From the NCBI GenBank assembly GCA_963727505.1, contig CAVSGP010000005.1:64001-128000 (forward strand): a stretch of 64,000 nucleotides of DNA, given 5' to 3'. Positions 47,180-56,487 of this stretch are shown one piece after another. The translations under genes were made by a program, and so were the position numbers. This DNA comes from an uncultured Trueperaceae bacterium. Lineage in GTDB: Bacteria; Deinococcota; Deinococci; Deinococcales; Trueperaceae. The notes beneath the pieces were generated by a model that was given only the letters and a program-made list of their open reading frames with translations, made no database searches and was not told the DNA's origin. Numbering within the stretch: position 1 is the first letter of the stretch; each line of letters begins with the position of its first letter.

Positions 47180-48904
47180 CTAGCCTTCGGTGGCCGTGGC
47201 GTCGCGCTCGGGCCGCGCCGAGCGCAGGCGCTGGGCGAGCGCCAAACGCAGCTCGCCCCACACCCCCACCGGTGAGTCGGCGATGGCCACCGCCTCCAGC
47301 GCCCGCAGGACGCCGAGACCCGCAGGGTGCGCCAGGTAGCGTGCTTCCCAGGAGGGATGGAACTTGCTCTTGAACACGTGCAGGCCCTTGAAGTTGTACA
47401 GCGCGTTACCGCGCTCGAACACGGTGGCGAGAGCGCGTTCGGTGAGGGGAGCGCGAGCCGAGGCGTCGAGCCCGCTCAACGCCGACAGACCCAGATCGGC
47501 ACGTGCCAGCCCCCGGTCGCGCAGGTGCTCCAGGAGCCGCACGAAGAGGAACAACATGGTCTCGGAGGGCGCGCCGTCCACGAATCGCATGAGGTCGACC
47601 GCCAGCCCACCACGGCCGTACTCGGGGATCAGGTTCACGAACGCCAGGACGCGCCCCTCGGCATCCTCGACGATGGCGACGGGGCATGCCGCGACGTACG
47701 CCTCGTCGAAGCGCCCCAGGGAGAAGTCCTTCTCCGCGGTACGCCGGCTCCGCAGCCACGCCGTGGAGACCGCGGCCAGGGCGTGCATGCGCTCGGGCGG
47801 TTGCGGCGGCTCGTGCCACGCCATCCGGTAGCCTTCGCGCTCCATCCGGTTCACGCCGGCACGCAGGTTCTTGTTGCGACCGCCAGACACGGTGAAGGCG
47901 TCCAGGTCGACGATGGCCTCCTGGCCGATGAGGGTGGTCTGCAGGCCGGCGTCCCGGTAGTGCCCCCGGGTTTCGGGCCGCGTCTGGTAGAACACGGGCT
48001 GCCAGGCGCGTTCACGACAGAAGCGGGCGAACGCCGCCACCGCCGCGGCGACGTCGTCGTCCGGGCCGATGGGATCGCCCAGCGCCAGCCCTACGTTGCC
48101 GACCGGCTTGTAGGCGACGACCGAGCCGCCGGGCGTGAAGAGGTACTGCTTCTCGCCGAGCAAAGCGATGTGGGCCAGGCTGGAGCGCCCGTGCGCCTCC
48201 ACCAGCGCCCGCGCCGCCCGCCGCTCGGTCTCGTCGGCGCGCCCACGCTCCACGACCGGCCTCAACGCCATCACCATGGCGGTGCCGAGGCTGCCCGCCG
48301 CCAGCAGGTAGATGCTGTCGAGGAAGAACCGCGCCAGCCGGGTGTGGGGAAGGGGAGGGGCGCCGAAGGTGAACATCGAGACGGTGGCCGACAGGGCCTG
48401 TGGCAGGCTCAGGCGCAGGTGGAACTCGTGGTCGAGCGCGTCGTAGCCGAGCGTGCCGTAGAGCAGCGTCACGAACACGGCCAGCACCAGCACGCGCAGC
48501 GCCATGCGTGCGGTCGGGCGGTCGTGGCGCGCCACGAACTGGTGGCGGCCCAGCAGCAGCAGCGCCAGCATGACCAGGCTGACGGCGGCGGCTTCGAGCT
48601 CGAGTCCCTTGAGCAGGTTCGCGAGCGTTCCCAGGCTCAGAACGGCCACGCTCAGCCACCAGGCGTTGCGCTGGCGGCGCGCCAGGCCGCGTGCCAGCAC
48701 CAGCAGCGCGAAGCCCGACAGGCCGGCGGCGAGGCGACTGGCGGCGCGGTACTCGAACGGCACCACGCCGCGAAGCAGGTCGAGCCGCTCGGGTACCGTC
48801 GCCTTGGCGGCCGACCATACGTCCACCAGGCCGACCGCGAACACCAGGAGCACCACCAGACGCACCCACCAGCCCGCGTCGACGTGGGTGTCCCAGCGCC
48901 TCAC
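47180..48904 (-). CDS. MprF/LysX-like aminoacyl-phosphatidylglycerol synthase (short TM region plus DUF2156 domain)
   Basis: 'LGDPIG', 'IGQEA', 'EKDFSLG', 'VDLMR', 'LGLSAL', 'YNFKGL..FKSKF.P.WEARY'; GTGA overlap. Confidence 0.9.
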   Translation of the reverse strand: MRRWDTHVDAGWWVRLVVLLVFAVGLVDVWSAAKATVPERLDLLRGVVPFEYRAASRLAAGLSGFALLVLARGLARRQRNAWWLSVAVLSLGTLANLLKGLELEAAAVSLVMLALLLLGRHQFVARHDRPTARMALRVLVLAVFVTLLYGTLGYDALDHEFHLRLSLPQALSATVSMFTFGAPPLPHTRLARFFLDSIYLLAAGSLGTAMVMALRPVVERGRADETERRAARALVEAHGRSSLAHIALLGEKQYLFTPGGSVVAYKPVGNVGLALGDPIGPDDDVAAAVAAFARFCRERAWQPVFYQTRPETRGHYRDAGLQTTLIGQEAIVDLDAFTVSGGRNKNLRAGVNRMEREGYRMAWHEPPQPPERMHALAAVSTAWLRSRRTAEKDFSLGRFDEAYVAACPVAIVEDAEGRVLAFVNLIPEYGRGGLAVDLMRFVDGAPSETMLFLFVRLLEHLRDRGLARADLGLSALSGLDASARAPLTERALATVFERGNALYNFKGLHVFKSKFHPSWEARYLAHPAGLGVLRALEAVAIADSPVGVWGELRLALAQRLRSARPERDATATEG

Positions 48905-49566
48905 CGCGCGCTCCCGCCGGAGTCGCGGCGGCGCCCGCGAACACCGGCGAGCCATCCCGCGGTGCCGCCGTAGAGCACCGTCATCAGATGCTCTGCGCCC
49001 GCGTTGACGTCGCGGCCCAGCACATCGTGGGCGGCGGCCGTGTCCAGCCAGATGACCAGCGTGACGAGCGCGAAGGCGGGCACCAGCCAGCGCCAGCGCG
49101 GCGTCATCGCCAGCACCGCCGCCAGCGCCCCGAAGTAGCCCGCGGAGGCGCCGATGTCGCGAGCGTTGCGTATCAGCCCGGCGGTGGGAAGCAGCACGTA
49201 GAACAGCGCCAGCGTCAGGAACGACAGCACGTGCAGTCCCAGGAAGGCGAGGGCCGCCCACCAGCTGCCCGCTCGGCGCTCGAGCAGGCCCACCCCGAGG
49301 CCGGTGAGGACCAGCGCCTGCAGCAGGCTCCAGGGGTCGATGGTGAACCAGGGAGCGCTGAGCAGGCGCCGCAGATCCAGGGAGAGCCCGTCGGTCGGCC
49401 GGAATCCGGCATCGTGGATCACGTAGCGCGGCACCGCGTGCCAGGCGCTGCCGGTCAGCAGGCCGACCACGACGAGCACGAGGAGCAGTGTCAGCGTGAC
49501 CGGGTAGCGCCGCAGGCCGAGGGCCCAGGAGGGGGTGCGGGAGGAGGGTAGGCCCGAGGACGCCAT
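48901..49566 (-). CDS. Rhomboid-like membrane protein
   Basis: About six TM; 'LERRAG', 'DIGASAG' (GxS), 'AEHL'; TATCCT 8 nt upstream of the ATG. Confidence 0.65.
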   Translation of the reverse strand: MASSGLPSSRTPSWALGLRRYPVTLTLLLVLVVVGLLTGSAWHAVPRYVIHDAGFRPTDGLSLDLRRLLSAPWFTIDPWSLLQALVLTGLGVGLLERRAGSWWAALAFLGLHVLSFLTLALFYVLLPTAGLIRNARDIGASAGYFGALAAVLAMTPRWRWLVPAFALVTLVIWLDTAAAHDVLGRDVNAGAEHLMTVLYGGTAGWLAGVRGRRRDSGGSAR

Positions 49567-49673
49567 CCACGGCCAGGATAATCCCCGCCCGCTACCCGGA
49601 TCGGGCCGGAGACGACCGTGAGGGCGAGTCTGGGGCGCGCCGGGCCGGCGATGAGCGTGGTATGTCGGTAGGC

Positions 49674-50477
49674 ATGAGTGAGCCGGCGCTAGGCAGTCCA
49701 TGGTGGGGCGAGATGGAGCTGACGCCGGGGGAGCTTCGCCACTGGCACGTCGGTCCCTACCGCCTGTGGGTGCGGGCGATGGCACAGGAGTGGCGGCTGT
49801 GGAGCCTGTCGAGCGTCGACGCCATGGCCGAGGAGATGGTTCTCGGCGCCGAGGCGCAGGACGGCGAGGTGCCGGCCGAGGCGGCACTCACCCGGGTGGG
49901 GTTGACCTCGGCGCGTCCGGTCCTCGAGCTGCGGCCGGCACTGGCCGACCGCGACGTGGTGGTGCGCCCCGATACCCCGGTGGTGGTGCCGGGTGGAGTG
50001 CGGCTCGAGCTCTACGTCACGACGCCGGTGTGGGTCATCGCGCGTGCCGGCGGGGCCGTGCCGCTCCTCGACGAGCCCAGCCTCCGCCTCTCCGATACCT
50101 GGTTCGGCCCCAACACGCTGGAGGGGGAACTGGCCTACGCCATCCGCACGGCGGCGAGGCTCGAGCTCGAGGAACTGCCGCGCCGCCCGCACCGGGCCAT
50201 CACCAAGGTGGCCGTCGTCAACGGAGCGCGCGAGGCGCTGGTGCTCGAAAAGCTCAAGGTGCCGGTGGCCGGCCTGGTGCTCTACGCATCCGAGCGCAGC
50301 GGTCTGTGGACCGACCAGGTCACGCTCGAGCGCAAGCAAGGGAGTGGCCTGGCCGAGGCATCGGTGGGCGCCGGACCGAACGTACCGGGGGTGGAGACCG
50401 AGCGCATCGCCGATCCCCGCGTCGTGACGCCGTCACGCTTCTCGCTGAACGCCTTCGGGCGACTGCTGGGCGTGTGA
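49674..50477 (+). CDS. Conserved hypothetical protein (DUF432-like)
   Basis: 'LRPALADRDVVVRP', 'LYVTTP', 'LSDTWFGPNT.EGELAY'; directly upstream of mscS. Alternative ATG at 49662. Confidence 0.6.
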   Translation: MSEPALGSPWWGEMELTPGELRHWHVGPYRLWVRAMAQEWRLWSLSSVDAMAEEMVLGAEAQDGEVPAEAALTRVGLTSARPVLELRPALADRDVVVRPDTPVVVPGGVRLELYVTTPVWVIARAGGAVPLLDEPSLRLSDTWFGPNTLEGELAYAIRTAARLELEELPRRPHRAITKVAVVNGAREALVLEKLKVPVAGLVLYASERSGLWTDQVTLERKQGSGLAEASVGAGPNVPGVETERIADPRVVTPSRFSLNAFGRLLGV

Positions 50478-50490
50478 GGAGGGAGGGAAG

Positions 50491-51390
50491 ATGGGCTGGC
50501 TCACATCGACGCTACATCTCCAGGTGTCCCCCGAGCAGGTGGCGGCCGCCGTCCGGGCCGGAGTCTACGTGGTGCTGGGGTTCGCCCTGGCGCGCCTTAC
50601 CGCCGTCACCGTCACCCGCGCCACGCGCCACATGGGCGCCCAGGAGCGGGTGCTCCTCAGGCGGCTGGCGAGCTACGTCGTCCTGGCGCTGTTCCTGGCG
50701 TCCGCGCTGAGGGAGGCGGGCTTCCGCTTCGACGTGCTGCTCGGCGCCGCTGGCATCCTCACGGTGGCGGTCGGGTTCGCTTCGCAGACGTCGGCCTCGA
50801 ACATGATCTCGGGGCTCTTCCTGATGCTGGAGCGCTCCATCGCCATCGGTGACGTGATCAACGTCAGCGGCACCATCGGCGAGGTGCTGTCGGTCGACCT
50901 GCTGTCCACTCGCCTGCGTACCTTCGACAACTTGATGGTGCGCATCCCCAACCAGACCATGGTCACCACCCCGATCACCAACTACAACCGGTTGCCGATC
51001 CGACGTTTCGACATGCAGGTGGGGGTGGCGTACAAGGAGGACCTGGCCAAGGTCGAACAGGCGCTGCTCGACATCGCCGATCGCGACCCGTTGTGCCTCG
51101 AGGACCCGGCACCGCTGCTGATCGCCATGGGCTTCGGAGCGTCGTCGATCAACTACCAGCTCTCGGTCTGGGCCAAGCGCGAGAACTGGCTCGAGCTCCG
51201 GAACCGCATCACCCGTGAGGTGAAGGCCGGCTTCGACGAGCTCGGGATCGAGCTCCCGTTCCCCCACGTGTCTCTCTACGCCGGCAGCGTCACCGAGCCG
51301 TTCCCGGTGGTGGTGACGAACCCGGCGGCCGTGACGGGCGGACCCGCTTCGTCCGGCGCTGCCGCGGCGCCCCCGGAGGCCGAAGCATGA
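50491..51390 (+). CDS. mscS: Small-conductance mechanosensitive channel
   Basis: 'AGILTVAVGFASQ...SNMISGL', 'IGDVI', 'RIPN', 'GIELPFP'. Confidence 0.92.
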   Translation: MGWLTSTLHLQVSPEQVAAAVRAGVYVVLGFALARLTAVTVTRATRHMGAQERVLLRRLASYVVLALFLASALREAGFRFDVLLGAAGILTVAVGFASQTSASNMISGLFLMLERSIAIGDVINVSGTIGEVLSVDLLSTRLRTFDNLMVRIPNQTMVTTPITNYNRLPIRRFDMQVGVAYKEDLAKVEQALLDIADRDPLCLEDPAPLLIAMGFGASSINYQLSVWAKRENWLELRNRITREVKAGFDELGIELPFPHVSLYAGSVTEPFPVVVTNPAAVTGGPASSGAAAAPPEAEA

Positions 51391-52217
51391 GCGCGCCCGG
51401 AGCGGGTCCCGGCGTCTCGCCGCCAAAGCCGCGGGTCTGGTACGCGACCTTCCCGACCCTCCACGCCGAGCCCTTGATGGTGGCCGGGCAGCTCCGCATT
51501 CCGCAGGACGTTCCCGGCCCGCTCCCGGCCGTGGTGATCGTGCACGGCTCGTTCGGCGTCGACGGCCGCGGCGCCGCCATGGCGGAGACCCTGAACGCCG
51601 CGGGGATCGCCACGCTGGAGATCGACATGTGGAGCCCACGCAGCCTGGCGGGCGCGCTGTCACGGCCGGAGCACACCGCCGAGACCTTGCCCGACGCCTT
51701 CGGCGCGCTGCGCTACCTGGCGGGCCGCCCCGAGATCGACGGGGACCGGGTCGGCATCACCGGCTTCTCGTGGGGTGGCGGGGTGTCGATGCTGACCGCC
51801 ACCCGCCGCTACGTGCGGGAGATCGTCGGCGAGGGGGGCGAGCGCTTCGCGGCGCACGCGCCCTTCTACCCGGTGTGCTGGGCCTACAACCACCGCCCGG
51901 GGTACGAGTTCTCGGGGCTCACGGGCGCGCCGGTGCTGCTGCAGGCCGGGGCGGAGGACACCTACGATCGTCCCTCCGGCTGCCCGGACCTGGTGGCCGC
52001 ACTGCCGGAGGAGGACCGGAGGCACGTGCGCGTGATCGTCTACGAGGGCGCCACTCACGCCTTCGACCGCCCGGGACCCGCCGTCACGGTGAACGATCCG
52101 CATGCCCACGAAGGGAAGGGCGGCGAGGTCACGTTCGCGCCGAACCCGGAGGTGACGGCGCGGGCGCACCGCGAGACGGCGGCGTTCTTCAAGGACGTGC
52201 TCGCCCCCCGCGGCTGA
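51387..52217 (+). CDS. Dienelactone hydrolase family alpha/beta hydrolase
   Basis: 'GFSWGG' (Ser nucleophile), 'FYP', 'EDTYD', 'ATHAFD'. Confidence 0.88.
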   Translation: MSAPGAGPGVSPPKPRVWYATFPTLHAEPLMVAGQLRIPQDVPGPLPAVVIVHGSFGVDGRGAAMAETLNAAGIATLEIDMWSPRSLAGALSRPEHTAETLPDAFGALRYLAGRPEIDGDRVGITGFSWGGGVSMLTATRRYVREIVGEGGERFAAHAPFYPVCWAYNHRPGYEFSGLTGAPVLLQAGAEDTYDRPSGCPDLVAALPEEDRRHVRVIVYEGATHAFDRPGPAVTVNDPHAHEGKGGEVTFAPNPEVTARAHRETAAFFKDVLAPRG

Positions 52218-52233
52218 GCATCCCGCAGAGCAG

Positions 52234-52283
52234 CCTGCCGGAGCCGACCCTGCCGGAACCGACCCTGCCGGCAACGACCCTGT
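52234..52283. repeat. 15-bp tandem repeat, 3 units plus a partial one (CCTGCCGG-NNN-CGAC)
   Basis: CCTGCCGGAGCCGAC / CCTGCCGGAACCGAC / CCTGCCGGCAACGAC / CCTGT. Confidence 0.8.
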
Positions 52284-52365
52284 GGGCGCAACGGGGACGC
52301 CCGTCCCTCGCGCGTCTGCCGCCCTCCCCGCTACGGTGTCGGGACGGGGGTGGAGGGAGGCCGGC

Positions 52366-53352
52366 ATGCCCAGCGGCACGCCGATCGTGGATCGAGCAGC
52401 GAGCGGGAAGTCGGTGTCGCCGGCACCGGGTCCGGCCCTGCGCGTCGAAGGCCTGACCAAGAGCTTCGGCGAGGTGATCGCCGTCGACGGCCTCACGCTC
52501 GAGGTGCCGCGCGGCACCGTCTTCGGCTTCCTGGGGCCGAACGGCGCCGGCAAGACCACGACCATCGGGATGCTGCTGGGCCTCGTGCACCCCACGCGCG
52601 GCCGCGTGGAGGTACTCGGCCGGCGCGTGCGGCCGGGGGATCCCACTGCGCTGCGACGGGTCGGGGCCCTGGTGGGCGCCCCCGCGCTGATCCCGTCGTT
52701 CAGCGCCCGGCGCAACCTGGCGTTGCTGGCGGGCCTGGTGCCGGGGCACGACGGACGCGCCGCCATCGACGCCGCCCTGCGGCGCGTGGGCCTGGGCGAC
52801 GCCGCGCACCGGCGGGCGGGCACGTTCTCGACGGGCATGAAGCAGCGCCTCGGACTGGCCATGGCCCTGATCGAGGAGCCCGACCTGCTCATCCTGGACG
52901 AGCCCACCAGCGGCATGGACGCGGCGGCCCGCCGCGAGGTCAAGAACCTGCTGCGGGAGGTTGCGGCCGAAGGCGTCACCGTCTTCCTGAGCAGCCACCT
53001 GTTGCACGAGATCGAACAGGTGTGCGACGAGGTCGCCGTGCTCGACCGGGGGCGCCTGGTGACCCGCGGCACGGTGGCCTCGCTGCTGCCCGACGCCACC
53101 ATGGTTCGGGTGCGGGTCGACGACCCGGCGGCCGCGGCGCGACGCCTGGAGGAGCTGGAGGGCGTCACTCGCCTCGGCGCGAACGGCTCCTACCTCGAGG
53201 TCGAGGGGGTCGATCCGCAACGCCTGGTCGCGTTCCTGGTGGGCGTTGGCCATGTGCCGAGCGAAGTGACGAGCGGCCGGCCCGACCTGGAGACGCTCTT
53301 CTTGCAGCTCACCGCCCCCGAGGAGGGCGCACGGACGGGGGTGGAGGCGTGA
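52366..53352 (+). CDS. ABC exporter ATP-binding subunit (BcrA/DrrA-like)
   Basis: 'GPNGAGKTT', 'FSTGMKQRL', 'LILDEPT', 'SSH'. Confidence 0.94.
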   Translation: MPSGTPIVDRAASGKSVSPAPGPALRVEGLTKSFGEVIAVDGLTLEVPRGTVFGFLGPNGAGKTTTIGMLLGLVHPTRGRVEVLGRRVRPGDPTALRRVGALVGAPALIPSFSARRNLALLAGLVPGHDGRAAIDAALRRVGLGDAAHRRAGTFSTGMKQRLGLAMALIEEPDLLILDEPTSGMDAAARREVKNLLREVAAEGVTVFLSSHLLHEIEQVCDEVAVLDRGRLVTRGTVASLLPDATMVRVRVDDPAAAARRLEELEGVTRLGANGSYLEVEGVDPQRLVAFLVGVGHVPSEVTSGRPDLETLFLQLTAPEEGARTGVEA

Positions 53353-54077
53353 TCGCACTGACCTCGGCCGAGCTCACCAAGCTCTTCCGCAGGCCGCCGC
53401 TGTGGCTGCTGCTGGGCGGGGTCGGAGTGGCACTGGTGCTCCTCGCCGTCGCCATCGCCCTTTCGGCGCCGCCCGAGGCGGGCGAGCGGCCGAGCGCGCT
53501 CGAGCTCGCCGTGCCCTTCGGCATCCTGGCGGTCCAGGTGCTGGCCGCCATCGCCGGGGCTGCCCTGGCCCAGGAGTATCAGTGGCGGACGCTGCCGCTG
53601 TGGCTGTCGCGCGGGGTGGCCCGCGGGCCACTGCTGCTGGCGCGCTTCCTGGCGACCCTCCCGGCACTGCTGCTGGTCGCGCTGGTCTCCGTGGCGGTCG
53701 GCCTCCTGCTGTCGCTCGGCCACCTCGAGGCCGCGCTTCTCGCCAGCAACCTCACCCTCGACGGCCTCGCCCTGGTGGTGCTGGCCATGGCGTACGGCGC
53801 GCTGCCGTACGTGGCGCTCTCGCTGGGGCTGGCGGTGGGGACCCGCGCCGTGGCGGTGCCCGTCGGTGGGGTGCTGTTGCTGGCGCTGCTGGTCGAGCCG
53901 ATCGTGGGCCAGCTGCTACCGCGGGTCGGCGCCTACCTGCCGTCGTCGCTGAGCCGGACGTTGCTCGCCGGAGGCGGGGACGGCCGCCTGACGGCGGGCC
54001 TCCTCATCGCCCTGTACACGGCGGTCCTGCTAGCCGTCGCGGTGGCGGCCTTACGGCGCCAGGACCTGACCGGCTGA
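53349..54077 (+). CDS. ABC-2 type permease
   Basis: 'AELTKL', 'QEYQWRTL', six TM, C-terminal 'RRQD'; GTGA overlap. Confidence 0.88.
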   Translation: MIALTSAELTKLFRRPPLWLLLGGVGVALVLLAVAIALSAPPEAGERPSALELAVPFGILAVQVLAAIAGAALAQEYQWRTLPLWLSRGVARGPLLLARFLATLPALLLVALVSVAVGLLLSLGHLEAALLASNLTLDGLALVVLAMAYGALPYVALSLGLAVGTRAVAVPVGGVLLLALLVEPIVGQLLPRVGAYLPSSLSRTLLAGGGDGRLTAGLLIALYTAVLLAVAVAALRRQDLTG

Positions 54078-54102
54078 CCGCAGGGCGCCAGCCGGCGGAC
54101 CC

Positions 54103-54603
54103 TCAGGCCGCCGAGGCCTCCCGACGCTTGAAGTAGTGGAGGGTACCCATCCAGCTGCCGCAGTAGGTCCAGCCCTCCTGCTCGTTGCGCTCGCGCTGAC
54201 GCGTGCTGAGCACCTCGGTGATGCGCAGGTAGCGCCACGGTTCGCGCAGTTCCGACTTCTCCGGGCGGCGGAAGTGCAGCACCAGCGGGCCGAAGCCGGT
54301 CAGCTCCCAGCCCTGCCGCCCCATCTCGTCCATCACGCCGACCTCGTCGATCGCGGTGGCGGTGCGGTCCTGATACTCCCAGGCTTCATCGAGTAGCGTC
54401 ATCTTCTCCTCCAGGTCGATCAGGAACAGGTCCTCGACGTGGCTGTCGAACAGCCAGGCGAGGCGCAACGCGGTCTGCAGGCTGGGATCGCTCCGGCCCG
54501 TCTCGAGGGCGTTGACCGCTTGGCGCGAGAGCCCCAGACGCTGCGCGAGGTCCGCCTGGGACCAGCCGCGGCGTCGTCTGAGCTCTTTGACGGTGTTCTG
54601 CAA
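54103..54603 (-). CDS. XRE-family HTH regulator fused to a DUF2812/DUF4177-like domain
   Basis: TTG start with RBS GGGAGG; 'WSQADLA..LG.SRQAVNALE.G...PSL'; C-domain 'EMGRQGWEL...F.R' and 'GW.YCG....HYFKR'. Confidence 0.82.
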   Translation of the reverse strand: MQNTVKELRRRRGWSQADLAQRLGLSRQAVNALETGRSDPSLQTALRLAWLFDSHVEDLFLIDLEEKMTLLDEAWEYQDRTATAIDEVGVMDEMGRQGWELTGFGPLVLHFRRPEKSELREPWRYLRITEVLSTRQRERNEQEGWTYCGSWMGTLHYFKRREASAA

Positions 54604-54644
54604 CGGTTCCCCTCCCCGGGAGCGAGGTCTGCCGCTCCGAAGCG

Positions 54645-54690
54645 ACCATAGTCCAGCCGGCCCGACATGTAAAGTACAAATGTCATGTCG
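54645..54690 (-). promoter_or_regulatory. Promoter TTTACA-N17-TATGGT with overlapping inverted repeat (putative autoregulatory operator)
   Basis: -35 at 54668-54673, -10 at 54645-54650; CGACATG-N14-CATGTCG (54663-54690); AT-rich patch. Confidence 0.65.
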
Positions 54691-54761
54691 CGCGTGGGTT
54701 GCACCGGGCCGGAGCCGCCGCCGTGCCGCCCGCCCCGGCGCCCGCCGGTGCACGATGGGGC

Positions 54762-55340
54762 ATGGTCGATGCTCCGGTCGAGTGGGCCGCCTTCCTGCGC
54801 GGCATCAACGTCGGCGGCAAGCACAAGCTGCCGATGAGCGAGTTGCGCGCGTTCTTCGCCGAGCTGGGCGCGCGTGACGTGCGCACCTACATCCAGAGCG
54901 GCAACGTCGTCTTCCGGGCCGAGGAGGCGGTCGCCCGGGAGCTGGCCGCGGACTTCGAGCGCCGGGCCGAGGCGCGCTTCGGGTTCCCCGTGCCGGCGGT
55001 GGTGCGCTCGGCACCGGAGCTCCGCGCGGTCCTCGCCGGCAACCCGTTCCTCGCCGACCGTGCGGCCGACGATGCGGACGCGAAGGCCCTGCACGTGCTG
55101 TTCCTGGCGAGCGAGCCCGATCCGGCCGCGGTCGCCGGCCTCGATCCCGAGCGTTCGGCGCCCGACGCCTTCGCCGTGCAGGGGCGCGAGATCTACCTCC
55201 ATCTCCCCAACGGGATGGCCCGCACCCGGCTCACCAACGCCTACTTCGACCGTGCTCTGGGCACCACCAGCACGGGGCGCAACTGGCGGACGGTCAGGAC
55301 GGTCGCAGCCATGATCGAGGGGGTGAACGGCGAGGGCTGA
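54762..55340 (+). CDS. DUF1697 domain protein
   Basis: 'FLRGINVGG', 'TYIQSGNVVF', 'T.RNWRTV'. Confidence 0.92.
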   Translation: MVDAPVEWAAFLRGINVGGKHKLPMSELRAFFAELGARDVRTYIQSGNVVFRAEEAVARELAADFERRAEARFGFPVPAVVRSAPELRAVLAGNPFLADRAADDADAKALHVLFLASEPDPAAVAGLDPERSAPDAFAVQGREIYLHLPNGMARTRLTNAYFDRALGTTSTGRNWRTVRTVAAMIEGVNGEG

Positions 55341-55470
55341 ACGATGGGCCGTACCGGTTCCCAATACGGTGCGGCTGGGAGCGCCCCGATGGCCGCCGCC
55401 CTGCCGTGGCAGCCGCCGATCGCGCTGCTGCGCCAGGGGCGTGGGCGAGCAGAGCATTAGGATGAACGGC

Positions 55471-56472
55471 ATGAGCGCAGCCAACCCCACCCCTCACGCC
55501 GACGGGGCGGTCAGCGCCTTCCTGCGGCGCCACTACCGCCACTTCAACGCCGCGACGGTGATCGACGCGGCCGATGCCTACGTGCGCCACCTCGACGCCG
55601 GCGGGGCCATGATGGTCACCCTGGCCGGGGCCATGAGCACCGGCGAGCTGGGACTGTCGCTCGCGGAGATGATCCGTCAGGACAAGGTGCACGCCATCAG
55701 CACCACGGGGGCCAACCTCGAGGAGGACGTCTTCAACCTCATCGCCCACGACTATTACGAGCGCGTCCCGCACTACCGCGACCTGACGCCACTGCAGGAG
55801 AAGGACCTCCTCGCCCGGCACATGAACCGCGTCACCGACACCTGCATCCCCGAGGAGGAGGCGATGCGCCGCCTGGAGGGGGCGCTGCTCGCCGAGTGGA
55901 TGCGGGCGGACGCGGCGGGCGAGCGCTACTTCCCGCACCAGTTCCTCTATCGACTGCTGTTGAGCGGCGTGCTGGAGGAGCATTACCAGATCGACCCGCG
56001 CGACTCCTGGCTGATGGCCGCGGCCGAGAAGGACCTCCCGATCGTGACGCCCGGCTGGGAGGACTCCACGACCGGGAACATGTTCGCCGCCCACGTCATC
56101 ACCGGCGAGATCGGCAGCGCCAACACCGTCAAGGGCGGTATCGAGGCCATGACCTACCTGGCCGACTTCTACACGCGTACGGCCGAGCAGCGCAGCATCG
56201 GGTTCTTCCAGATCGGCGGCGGCATCGCCGGCGACTTCCCCATCTGCGTGGTACCGATGCTGCACCAGGACCTGCAGCGCCAGGGCGTGCCGATGTGGGG
56301 CTACTTCTGCCAGATCAGCGACTCCACCACCAGCTATGGCTCTTACTCCGGCGCCGTGCCCAACGAGAAGATCACCTGGGGCAAGCTCTCGGTGGATACG
56401 CCGAAGTTCATCGTGGAGTCCGACGCCACCATCGTGGCGCCGCTGATGTTCGCCTTGATCCTGGGTCAGTAG
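55471..56472 (+). CDS. Deoxyhypusine synthase-like protein
   Basis: 'HFNA', 'AGAMST', 'TGANLEED', 'IGGGIAGD', 'GSYSGA.PNEKITWGK', 'SDATI'; TAGGAT 7 nt upstream of the ATG. Confidence 0.92.
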   Translation: MSAANPTPHADGAVSAFLRRHYRHFNAATVIDAADAYVRHLDAGGAMMVTLAGAMSTGELGLSLAEMIRQDKVHAISTTGANLEEDVFNLIAHDYYERVPHYRDLTPLQEKDLLARHMNRVTDTCIPEEEAMRRLEGALLAEWMRADAAGERYFPHQFLYRLLLSGVLEEHYQIDPRDSWLMAAAEKDLPIVTPGWEDSTTGNMFAAHVITGEIGSANTVKGGIEAMTYLADFYTRTAEQRSIGFFQIGGGIAGDFPICVVPMLHQDLQRQGVPMWGYFCQISDSTTSYGSYSGAVPNEKITWGKLSVDTPKFIVESDATIVAPLMFALILGQ

Positions 56473-56487
56473 GGTCGGGCCCCGCCC

